A stretch of 64,000 bases of DNA from Rickettsiales bacterium (GCA_020049805.1 JAGVLN010000008.1:4904-68903); one strand, 5' to 3'. Positions 50,784 through 58,524 are shown, counted from the first letter of the stretch. The notes: generated by a model from the sequence alone, not told the origin. Numbers and translations: made by a program.

Positions 50784-51521
50784 TTACCTGGAAGCGCCAG
50801 TTGCTATAGACGATCTTCTTCTTCCTGCAACTCTACCGGCTACTGTTCCTTCTGAGAGATTACTATTAGCAGGGGTCGGAGGTGATAGATCAGTAAGTCG
50901 TTGTTGTAATTCATTTGTGGTTGATTCTAGCGCTCTTACTCGTTCTAATGCTGCATTTCGTTCTTCCAGTAATCGAGTCGTGTCTCGTTCTAATTGTAAT
51001 CGTCTCTGATCTCTTCCTAAGAATCTATTAGCTAAGTTAATCAAACCATTACCGACCATATACACTGCTCCTAATAAAGCAGAAGTAATCATTCCAGGTA
51101 AATGGTTTGTAATATTTGGCATGTTGCTTTGGAGCATTTCAGCTGTAGCATTTTCCTGATAGTTGGTATGTAGCTCTTCTATTTCTTGTTGTTGCCCTGG
51201 GCTAATTGTACGAGCTGCTAAAAATAAAGTTGATATGCCGGCTGTTGCGATAAGAGAAGAAAGTAAAGTGCTAAACATGCTTCCATTTCTTGTAGTATTA
51301 CTATGGATATAAACTCCTAAAGAAGTAGCGGCGATCCAAGGTAAGGCATCTATAACAATTAAACTTTTTGTAAGTGATAAACCAAGGGATGTTGAGTAGC
51401 CTAAAATTGAAGCTGGGTTAAAATAAGCTGCTGCACCTATAGCTGCTATCGTTCCTATAATAGCTGCTTGGGTTAGTATTTTAGTACTTTTACCTACTGG
51501 TGAATTTTGGATAGTTAACAT
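50784..51521 (-). CDS. unknown polytopic membrane protein, paralog B: the same N-terminal module with an unrelated coiled-coil/Arg-rich tail
   Basis: 245 aa. It shares AARTISPGQQQEIEELHTNY exactly, and most of aa 1-155, with paralog A. The tail is RRLQLERDTTRLLEERNAALERVRALESTTNELQQRL...GRRRSSIATGASR. Confidence 0.7.
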   Translation of the reverse strand: MLTIQNSPVGKSTKILTQAAIIGTIAAIGAAAYFNPASILGYSTSLGLSLTKSLIVIDALPWIAATSLGVYIHSNTTRNGSMFSTLLSSLIATAGISTLFLAARTISPGQQQEIEELHTNYQENATAEMLQSNMPNITNHLPGMITSALLGAVYMVGNGLINLANRFLGRDQRRLQLERDTTRLLEERNAALERVRALESTTNELQQRLTDLSPPTPANSNLSEGTVAGRVAGRRRSSIATGASR

Positions 51522-51531
51522 CTTTAAACCT
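51057..51531 (-). repeat. duplicated module, copy B
   Basis: See copy A (50264..50750). Confidence 0.85.
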
Positions 51532-51666
51532 TATGTTTGTTGCATATGGATTAATTACCTAAAAATTAATTAATGTCAATAATAATATATAGAAATTAAT
51601 AAAATATATATAAATTAATAAAAGTTTGTAGAAATTAAATTAAACACTCAAATAATTAAAAATATG

Positions 51667-51694
51667 TTGACAAGTTTTAATAAGATCATAGTAT
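51667..51694 (+). promoter_or_regulatory. candidate sigma-70 promoter for the 51754 gene
   Basis: Consensus TTGACA (51667..51672), a 16-nt spacer, then TAGTAT (51689..51694). The -10 hexamer ends about 60 nt upstream of the ATG. Confidence 0.35.
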
Positions 51695-51753
51695 CTATGC
51701 ACAAACTAATAAAATTTTCAATTAGTAGTTATTTAACTTAATAAGGTTTTTCT

Positions 51754-53262
51754 ATGATAAACAAACAATTCTCTAGGTGTTTAACAATTGCATTATTAAC
51801 TTCTGCGCTTACTACTTCCATTACCTCTATGGCAGCAGAAAAATTTACTCCAAATACTAAAGAGCAAGGTAAAGCTGCTGATGCGCTGGCACTTAATTTT
51901 GGCGTTGCACAGGAGGAAAAAGGCTATCGCGATATGGTAAAGGCTGAGGAAAGTATTGTAAAAAATGAAATTGCTGCAACTCAAACTAGAGGTATATCAA
52001 CTTTAGAGAGGTTTAGCACATCACAGGTTAGAGTAGTTGAGAAACATTTTGGTCAGGAACTGGCGGCTATCAGAGAACAAATTCAAGGTCCTCTAAATAA
52101 TGGAGTAAAAGGTTCACTTATTAGTGAAGCTAGAGCTGCTGCTGACACAGCTGCTGCTGCAAATGTTGTAAAAGGAGAGCAAGAGTCAGCTGCTGATGTT
52201 GAAGTTGTGTCATCTCCTTTGCCAAGTACTCCTACTTCTATTCCTGAAGTAAACCCAACAAGCGGTGCTCAATCTTCAGCATCACCTGAAATATCTCCAA
52301 CTATACAAGCAGTATTAGTTGCTAGATCAGCAGAAGATTTACCTTCAACACCATCGCCTACCCCATCATCAAATGGTGGAAAACCAACAAGCGGTGCTCA
52401 ATCTTCAGCATCACCTGAAGCGTCGCCAAGCGTTCAGCCTACTTTTGGTGCAGATGGAGATACCAAGCCCACTTTTACACCAGATCAGCCGGGATTTACA
52501 AAATTAACTGATTATTTAGAAGGCAATGCTGAATTTGACTATAGCATATTTGCTGCAGTAAGCAAGAAAACATATTCTAATCTTAACGCACGGGTGCAGG
52601 ATTTAAGTGTCAAAGCAAATTCAACTCCATCTGATACATTGGATTTATCGGCGCACGAAAGAGCAGTTGATGGACTTGTGAGCCAAGCTGATAGCGATGT
52701 AGATAGCGCAGTATCAACAGCAGTGGAAGATGCGGCTGCCCAGCTTTTACAAAAAAATGTTAGTGATGCATTTATTCGAGTGCAAAAAGCATTTGAAGAA
52801 GCAGTTCGTAAAGCTGAGCAAGAAGAAAGTGATAAGCTAGATGAACTTGTACGTCAAAAAGAAAAAATGGAACAAGCAGCAGGTGAAGCTGCTAAAAACT
52901 TTGAAGCATTTAGAGAAAAAGTTAAAGCAGCAAAAGCTAAAATTAGATCAGAGAGAAAGAAAGGTAAAGAATATTCATCTGCTGAGCAAGGGAAGAAATC
53001 TAGTGAAAAGGTAAAAACTGTATACACTGAAGAGAAATCAAAACTTGATGCTGAAGAAAAAGCTTTACTTGAATTAATTCAAAGAAGCTCAAAGGCGACA
53101 CCAGTTTCTGTATTGCGCGCTGCTTCTTCTAAGTTCGCTACTTTCAGTATGCCACAAGGGTCTAGATTATCAGCTGTTGGTGCGAGAGCTACAGAAAGAT
53201 TTACACCTAGTAAAACTACAAGTGGTTTATTCGGTTTGGCTAATAAAGGCGTGAATAGTTAA
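51754..53262 (+). CDS. secreted/surface protein of unknown family with Ser/Pro/Thr-rich tandem repeats and a Lys/Glu-rich coiled coil
   Basis: 502 aa. Sec-type signal peptide (CLTIALLTSALTTSITSMA/AEK) and a helical N-domain. A degenerate 43-aa repeat has the core PTSGAQSSASPE. The K/E-rich helical region is aa ~340-440. No TPS-domain NPNL/NPNG motifs seen. Confidence 0.75.
   Translation: MINKQFSRCLTIALLTSALTTSITSMAAEKFTPNTKEQGKAADALALNFGVAQEEKGYRDMVKAEESIVKNEIAATQTRGISTLERFSTSQVRVVEKHFGQELAAIREQIQGPLNNGVKGSLISEARAAADTAAAANVVKGEQESAADVEVVSSPLPSTPTSIPEVNPTSGAQSSASPEISPTIQAVLVARSAEDLPSTPSPTPSSNGGKPTSGAQSSASPEASPSVQPTFGADGDTKPTFTPDQPGFTKLTDYLEGNAEFDYSIFAAVSKKTYSNLNARVQDLSVKANSTPSDTLDLSAHERAVDGLVSQADSDVDSAVSTAVEDAAAQLLQKNVSDAFIRVQKAFEEAVRKAEQEESDKLDELVRQKEKMEQAAGEAAKNFEAFREKVKAAKAKIRSERKKGKEYSSAEQGKKSSEKVKTVYTEEKSKLDAEEKALLELIQRSSKATPVSVLRAASSKFATFSMPQGSRLSAVGARATERFTPSKTTSGLFGLANKGVNS
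52255..52419 (+). repeat. in-frame tandem repeat (129-nt period) with a perfect 36-nt core
   Basis: ccaacaagcggtgctcaatcttcagcatcacctgaa occurs identically at 52255..52290 and 52384..52419. The flanks are degenerate (LPSTPTSIPEVN- versus LPSTPSPTPSSNGGK-). Confidence 0.9.
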
Positions 53263-53274
53263 AATTTTAATATT

Positions 53275-53312
53275 AAGATAATTATGGCTATACAAATAGT
53301 CATAATTATCTT
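53275..53312 (+). terminator. long AT-rich hairpin 13 nt after the 51754..53262 stop (terminator or processing/attenuation element)
   Basis: aagataattatg (53275..53286) pairs perfectly with cataattatctt (53301..53312). The stem extends by g-t, ctat/atag to about 17 bp with an acaa loop. There is no immediate U-tract (atgttaataaaaaa follows). Confidence 0.4.
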
Positions 53313-53348
53313 ATGTTAATAAAAAATTGTAATTGAGTTTTGGAGACA

Positions 53349-53600
53349 ATGATAAAAAAACAAATCTTTCTTACTATATTAATTATACTAGTGACACAAT
53401 CTCAGTTAGCTTTAGCTCAACAAGATGAAGCTGCTTCAGAGTTAAATCAACTTAAGCCTAACGATCTCATGGTACCAGACATTGGTATACCTGAGGAAGA
53501 AAAGGAATCAGAAGAGGAAGAAAAATTATTGCTTCAAAGTTATGATTTTGAAAGTAATAAATCAGTTAAATTATTCAAATTAAATCAAATCATATTGTAG
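53349..53600 (+). pseudogene. truncated duplicate of the tpsB 5' end (83-aa ORF: signal peptide, acidic linker and the first POTRA strand)
   Basis: MIKKQIFLTILIILVTQSQLALAQQDEAASELNQLKP...SVKLFKLNQIIL* aligns with MIKKTTFLTIVTILIICSQLALAQQNETASELNQFKP...AVKPFKLNEIIV of the next gene. The upstream ttgagtttt box is also duplicated (53333 and 53601). It keeps its own GGAGA SD, so it could be expressed as a small secreted peptide. Confidence 0.55.
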
Positions 53601-53621
53601 TTGAGTTTTAGTAGAGGGACG

Positions 53622-55403
53622 ATGATAAAAAAAACAACCTTTTTAACTATAGTAACTATATTAATAATATGTAGCCAATTAGCCTTGGCACAACAAAATG
53701 AAACTGCTTCGGAATTAAATCAATTTAAGCCTGATCATACAATACCACAAGAGGCGATAAAATCCATAGAATCAAAAGAAACTTCTGTGCCAATTAAAGT
53801 ATTTCCGCCAAGCAAAAAAGAGGAACTGTCTATCCAAAATTATGATATTGAAGGTGAAAAAGCAGTCAAACCATTTAAATTAAATGAAATAATTGTGGAA
53901 AATGGCCATACTTTTACAGATAGTAGATTTGTGCCTTTATATAAAGATATGATTGGGCAGACAGTTAATTTTAATGACCTAAATAAAATCGCTAATAAAA
54001 TATCTGAATTTTATATCGAACAAGGTTTTCTATTAACCCATGCTTATGTTGATTATAAACAAAATTTTAAAGCTGGGGCTGCTAGAATAAAAGTTATTAA
54101 TGGTGGTATTAGGCAAGTGCATGTTTTAGGTGCTGATCAAGATAATAATTTTATTAAAGAATACCAAAAGAAAATCATTAGTTCTAAACCAGTAACTAAA
54201 AAGTTAGTGCAAAGATATGTTAAATTGATCGATCAAATGCCTGGTTACGAAGTTCAATTGGTGAAAATTCTTCCTGTTCCAGATCATATGCGTACAAGCT
54301 TTGAGGAATATGCTGATTTAGTAATAGTTGTAAAAAAGATTGATAAAGAAGTTAAGCTAAAAGTCAGCAATGACATCAATAAACATTATGGTGATTATAA
54401 AGCCAATGCATCCTTCTCTATGTTCTCACCATTTAAAAAAGGTGAGGAAATTAAGGTAGTATATCTTACATCTAATAAAACAAATGCTCTAAAAAATGCT
54501 GGTGTAATTTATACTCAACCTCTTAATACAGAAGGCACAGCACTTAGAACAATACTCTCTTATGCTGAGAGCAATCAAAGCGCGGTGTCATCTAATAATT
54601 TACCATCACAAAAAAATAATACGGATTATTATGTTGATTTAGAATTATCTCATCCGTTTATCCTAACCAATAAATTTAGCCTTAAAGGCGCTATTGGGTT
54701 AAATTATGACCGAGATACTCAATATAATAATGTGGGTCTGTATAGAAGAAACACCAATTTCGAATTAGATGTTTCTACTACTATGCAATATAAGGATGCT
54801 ATAAAAGGTATAAACTATTTAGTACTTGCTTATGGTCGTGGATTACCTAATAGTAGTTATAAAATTTATCAAACAGCTGCTAATGCATATCAAGTTGAAG
54901 GAAATTATAATAAACTTAACCTAGATTATTATAGGTTACAGCCACTTGTACAAAATCTTTATTTTACAGCTTTAGCTACTGGGCAATATTCTAATAAACC
55001 ATTGCCAAGTGGGCAAAAAATCACCTTTGGTGGGCAAAGTTTAGTTAGAGGATATAAATCAGAATTATTAGCTGCTTCTAAAGGTGCTGGTTTAGCACTT
55101 GAGTTAAATTATTTTATTAATTTAAATCAGCCTTATTTTAAACGTGCTGAATTATATGGATTTTATGATCAAGCAAAAATTATGACTATGGATAATGAGA
55201 CAGCTCTTAACCAAACTTCTACTAAATATTTAGCTTCTACAGGTTATGGTGTAAAAACTAATATAGCTGGTAATTTAAAAGCAGGTTTGGAAATTGCCTA
55301 TCCATTGAAATCTTTTAAGACATATCAAAATTATGCCCCTATTAATGTTCATAAGAATAAAGCACAGACTACTGTCTTCTTAGAACACTCAGTTGAATGG
55401 TAG
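53622..55403 (+). CDS. ShlB/FhaC/HecB-type two-partner-secretion transporter (TpsB; Omp85 superfamily)
   Basis: Signal peptide ending ALA/QQ. POTRA-type block FKLNEIIVENGHTFTDSRF..LYKDMIGQTVNFNDLNKIANKISEFYIEQGFLLTHAYV...G.ARIKVINGGI. Conserved loop-6 VRGY (GGQSLVRGYKS). Beta-barrel pattern with a C-terminal aromatic residue (...EHSVEW). I place the start at ATG 53622 (SD agaggg), not the TTG at 53601. Confidence 0.75.
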   Translation: MIKKTTFLTIVTILIICSQLALAQQNETASELNQFKPDHTIPQEAIKSIESKETSVPIKVFPPSKKEELSIQNYDIEGEKAVKPFKLNEIIVENGHTFTDSRFVPLYKDMIGQTVNFNDLNKIANKISEFYIEQGFLLTHAYVDYKQNFKAGAARIKVINGGIRQVHVLGADQDNNFIKEYQKKIISSKPVTKKLVQRYVKLIDQMPGYEVQLVKILPVPDHMRTSFEEYADLVIVVKKIDKEVKLKVSNDINKHYGDYKANASFSMFSPFKKGEEIKVVYLTSNKTNALKNAGVIYTQPLNTEGTALRTILSYAESNQSAVSSNNLPSQKNNTDYYVDLELSHPFILTNKFSLKGAIGLNYDRDTQYNNVGLYRRNTNFELDVSTTMQYKDAIKGINYLVLAYGRGLPNSSYKIYQTAANAYQVEGNYNKLNLDYYRLQPLVQNLYFTALATGQYSNKPLPSGQKITFGGQSLVRGYKSELLAASKGAGLALELNYFINLNQPYFKRAELYGFYDQAKIMTMDNETALNQTSTKYLASTGYGVKTNIAGNLKAGLEIAYPLKSFKTYQNYAPINVHKNKAQTTVFLEHSVEW

Positions 55404-55535
55404 AAGATTGAACTGTGCTGCAACTTATACAGTGGTCAGAATAGTGGTTTATAATTCTTTTGTTTAGTACTTATAATTTTTTTCATCGTGAAGCTGGTGT
55501 ATAATTAAGTTATAACTATAATTAATAGTGAGCTT

Positions 55536-57302
55536 ATGCATCATACAGTTGATATTCACCGCTTATCTCATAATTCATTAAAAATATTTGAGAAGTACCA
55601 GATTTTATTAAGCAAAATTTTTAAAAACGACTCATTCCAAAATCAAGAATCTCTTTTTGAACCTATTGAAATAAACAAAGTTTTTATTGATGTATTTTCT
55701 AGTTTGTATTCTCATCCTAAGAAGATGCTAGAGCTACAAGCTCAATATGTAAAAGACTACATAGAGCTATTAAATTATAGTTTAAAAAAATTTTCTGGAG
55801 AAAACCCAGAACCTTTATATCAACCCACGCATAAAGATAAAAGATTCATAGATAAAGCATGGGACGATAATTTTTTCTTCGATTTAGTTAAACAAACTTA
55901 TTTAATGAATACTCAGTGGTTAGAAACCTTGTTAAAGGATGCAAAAGTAGAAAACAAAACTAAATTAAGAGCTAATTTTTTTATTAAACAAATGATGAAT
56001 GCACTAGCTCCTTCTAATTTTATTTCTACTAATCCCATAGTACTTAAAGAAACTATAGAAACTCATGGAGAAAATTTACTTAAAGGTCTAAATAATTTCA
56101 TTGAAGATTTAGAAAATAGTAAACAGATATTTGATATTAAACGTATCGATAATAAGGCATTTAAAATTGGTAAAAATATTGCTAACACTAAAGGACAGGT
56201 CATTTATGAAAATGAGTTAATGCAGTTAATTCATTATACACCTACTACTGACCAGACCTACTCTATTCCTTTGCTTATAGTGCCGCCATGGATAAATAAA
56301 TATTATATACTAGATCTGACAGAAAAGGACTCATTTGTTAAATGGATTCTGGACCAGGGTTTTAGTGTTTTCTTAATTTCATGGGTGAATCCTGATTCTA
56401 GTTTAGCTAATAAGTCATTTGATGATTATATGTTGCAAGGGCCTATTGAAGCCATTAATTTTATAAAAAAAATAACAGGTACTAAGCATATAAATTTATT
56501 AGGATATTGTTTAGGAGGTACTCTTAGCTGTATGACAGAGGCCTATCTAAATAGTAAGGGTGATGATACCATAAAATCAGCTACGTTGCTTACTACGTTA
56601 CTTGATTTTAAAGATGCAGGTGACATTTTAGTTTTTATTGACGATGCGAAGTTAAAACGTATTGAAGAAAAAATGTCTGAAGATGGCTATTATGATGGTG
56701 ACTATGTGAGTGCCACTTTTAGCTTGCTTAGGTCGAATGACATGATTTGGTCATTTTTTGTCAATAATTATTTACTTGGAAAAGAACCACTGCCATTTGA
56801 TATATTATATTGGAATGCTGATTCTACAAGGCTACCTGCTAAAATGCATAGTTTTTATCTGAAAAATATGTATTTAGAAAATAACTTAGCTAAACCTAAC
56901 AAGTTAAAAATAGCAGGTACCCCTATTAATTTAGCTAATGTAAAAATACCGTGCTACTTTCTTACGGCTATCGATGACCATATAGCACCATGGGAAGCAG
57001 TATATCAAGCACATAAATTAATTAGTGGGCCTATAAAATTTACACTATCAGGTTCTGGGCATGTAGGAGGAGTAGTAAATCCTCCAAGTAAAAATAAATA
57101 TTGTTATTGGACCAATAAAGCTAATGATCTAACTGGTTCGAAATGGTTAAGTCATGCTATCAAGCATGAGGGTTCATGGTGGCCAGATTGGGCTAATTGG
57201 TTGAAGGATTACTCTGGAAAGTTAGGTAAGCCTATATCTGCAACTGATATGAAAAAATATTTTATTGAGAATGCTCCAGGAAGATACGTTCTAGTAAAAT
57301 AG
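55536..57302 (+). CDS. phaC: class I poly(3-hydroxyalkanoate) synthase
   Basis: 588 aa. Lipase-box GYCLGG with catalytic Cys, PPWINKYYILDL, and the conserved C-terminal His region (GSGHVGGVVNPP). Confidence 0.92.
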   Translation: MHHTVDIHRLSHNSLKIFEKYQILLSKIFKNDSFQNQESLFEPIEINKVFIDVFSSLYSHPKKMLELQAQYVKDYIELLNYSLKKFSGENPEPLYQPTHKDKRFIDKAWDDNFFFDLVKQTYLMNTQWLETLLKDAKVENKTKLRANFFIKQMMNALAPSNFISTNPIVLKETIETHGENLLKGLNNFIEDLENSKQIFDIKRIDNKAFKIGKNIANTKGQVIYENELMQLIHYTPTTDQTYSIPLLIVPPWINKYYILDLTEKDSFVKWILDQGFSVFLISWVNPDSSLANKSFDDYMLQGPIEAINFIKKITGTKHINLLGYCLGGTLSCMTEAYLNSKGDDTIKSATLLTTLLDFKDAGDILVFIDDAKLKRIEEKMSEDGYYDGDYVSATFSLLRSNDMIWSFFVNNYLLGKEPLPFDILYWNADSTRLPAKMHSFYLKNMYLENNLAKPNKLKIAGTPINLANVKIPCYFLTAIDDHIAPWEAVYQAHKLISGPIKFTLSGSGHVGGVVNPPSKNKYCYWTNKANDLTGSKWLSHAIKHEGSWWPDWANWLKDYSGKLGKPISATDMKKYFIENAPGRYVLVK

Positions 57303-57303
57303 A

Positions 57304-58524
57304 TTATTTAGAATATTGCTTTAAATAATTTATTAATTCTTCGCTAGTAGATGAAAAGTTAGAGCTTACCCAGTGATCTTCTGCTCTTTGTAATAATTTT
57401 TTGATTATTGGTCCTGGTTTTACATTTAATTTTTCTATTATATTTTGCCCAGTTATTGGTAAAGGAGGAAAAGTTTGGCTTTGTAGCTCAGTAATTGAGC
57501 TATATGCTGTGTTATTTATTTCATTTTTGTTAGCTAAATAAAATATAAGGCTATCCACAACTTGGTCTTTGCCATATTTATAAGCTAAGTTCAATATTGG
57601 ATATTCATCAAATAAAGAGCTTATTTTTTGTAAGTTTAACAAATATGTTTTTTGTTTATTAGATAGTTTAAATTCTTGGCTCAAAATATTAATTGTTTGA
57701 GGTGTGTCCTTAATTAAAGCAAAAAGCTTAATTAAATAATTAAGATCATAGCCTAATAATTTTTCTATATCAGATAGAGCTTGTAATACTTTAGAAAAAT
57801 TTGGTCTAATCTCATTAATCAATGCCTGTAAGACATTTACTTCATACATCAGATTGAGTGTTTTTAAACTATTTTGGGCTTGCAGTATTTTAAATAATTC
57901 TTTGCTTTTTCTTTCTCCAGATAAATTATGTATTTTGGTAATATTATTTTGGCAAGCATCTAAAGAAGATTGATCTAATTGTGAATCGCCATAATAAGCT
58001 AAGAATCTAAAATATCTTAATATCCTTAAATGGTCTTCTAATATTCGTTGAGTTGGATCACCGATGAATTTGATTATTCCATGCTTAAGGTCTTTAAGGC
58101 CTGTAAAATAATCGTATAATTTATTTTGAACAGGGCAGTAACTCATGGCATTTATTGTAAAGTCCCTTCTGTGGGCATCTTTTTTCCAGTCATTAGTAAA
58201 TTTAACAACCGCTCTTCTGCCATCAGTACTTACATCTTCGCGTAAAGAAGTGATTTCATATTGATGGTTATAAATAATTGCAGTAATTGTGCCATGCTCG
58301 ATACCTAAGGGAAGGTTTTTAATACGCTTTTTGGTTAAAGCTAGCTGAATCTGTTCTGGTAATAGTGTGGTAGCGATATCTATATCAACAAAATTTCTTT
58401 CGAGGAGTGTATCTCTAACGCATCCTCCAATGAATCTATTTTCTCCTCCCAGTGCGCTTAAAGCTGAGAAAATAACATCTGCATGAGGAAAATTAGTTAA
58501 ATTATCTAAATTACTTAGTTTCAT
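57304..58524 (-). CDS. cca: CCA-adding tRNA nucleotidyltransferase / poly(A) polymerase family protein
   Basis: 406 aa. GGCVRD.LL, DIDIAT and RRDFTINA motifs of class II nucleotidyltransferases. Confidence 0.85.
   Translation of the reverse strand: MKLSNLDNLTNFPHADVIFSALSALGGENRFIGGCVRDTLLERNFVDIDIATTLLPEQIQLALTKKRIKNLPLGIEHGTITAIIYNHQYEITSLREDVSTDGRRAVVKFTNDWKKDAHRRDFTINAMSYCPVQNKLYDYFTGLKDLKHGIIKFIGDPTQRILEDHLRILRYFRFLAYYGDSQLDQSSLDACQNNITKIHNLSGERKSKELFKILQAQNSLKTLNLMYEVNVLQALINEIRPNFSKVLQALSDIEKLLGYDLNYLIKLFALIKDTPQTINILSQEFKLSNKQKTYLLNLQKISSLFDEYPILNLAYKYGKDQVVDSLIFYLANKNEINNTAYSSITELQSQTFPPLPITGQNIIEKLNVKPGPIIKKLLQRAEDHWVSSNFSSTSEELINYLKQYSK

Noticed and set aside
52255-52419. Possible CRISPR-like or non-coding repeat array
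   Set aside because: There are only two copies, they are in frame inside a long ORF, and they encode the same peptide PTSGAQSSASPE. I saw no cas genes or regularly spaced repeat array anywhere in the window.
51754-53262. Calling this protein a canonical TpsA (haemagglutinin/haemolysin-like) exoprotein
   Set aside because: It has no NPNL/NPNG TPS motifs and no beta-helical repeat pattern, is only 502 aa and is predicted to be mostly helical or disordered. I report it only as a possible non-canonical cargo.
53601-53621. TTG start for the TpsB gene (and TTG at 53340 for the truncated copy)
   Set aside because: In both copies an ATG lies shortly downstream (7 codons in the full gene, 3 in the truncated copy). 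Each ATG is preceded by a purine-rich SD (agaggg or ggaga) and starts directly at the signal peptide MIKK..., so the ATGs at 53622 and 53349 are preferred.
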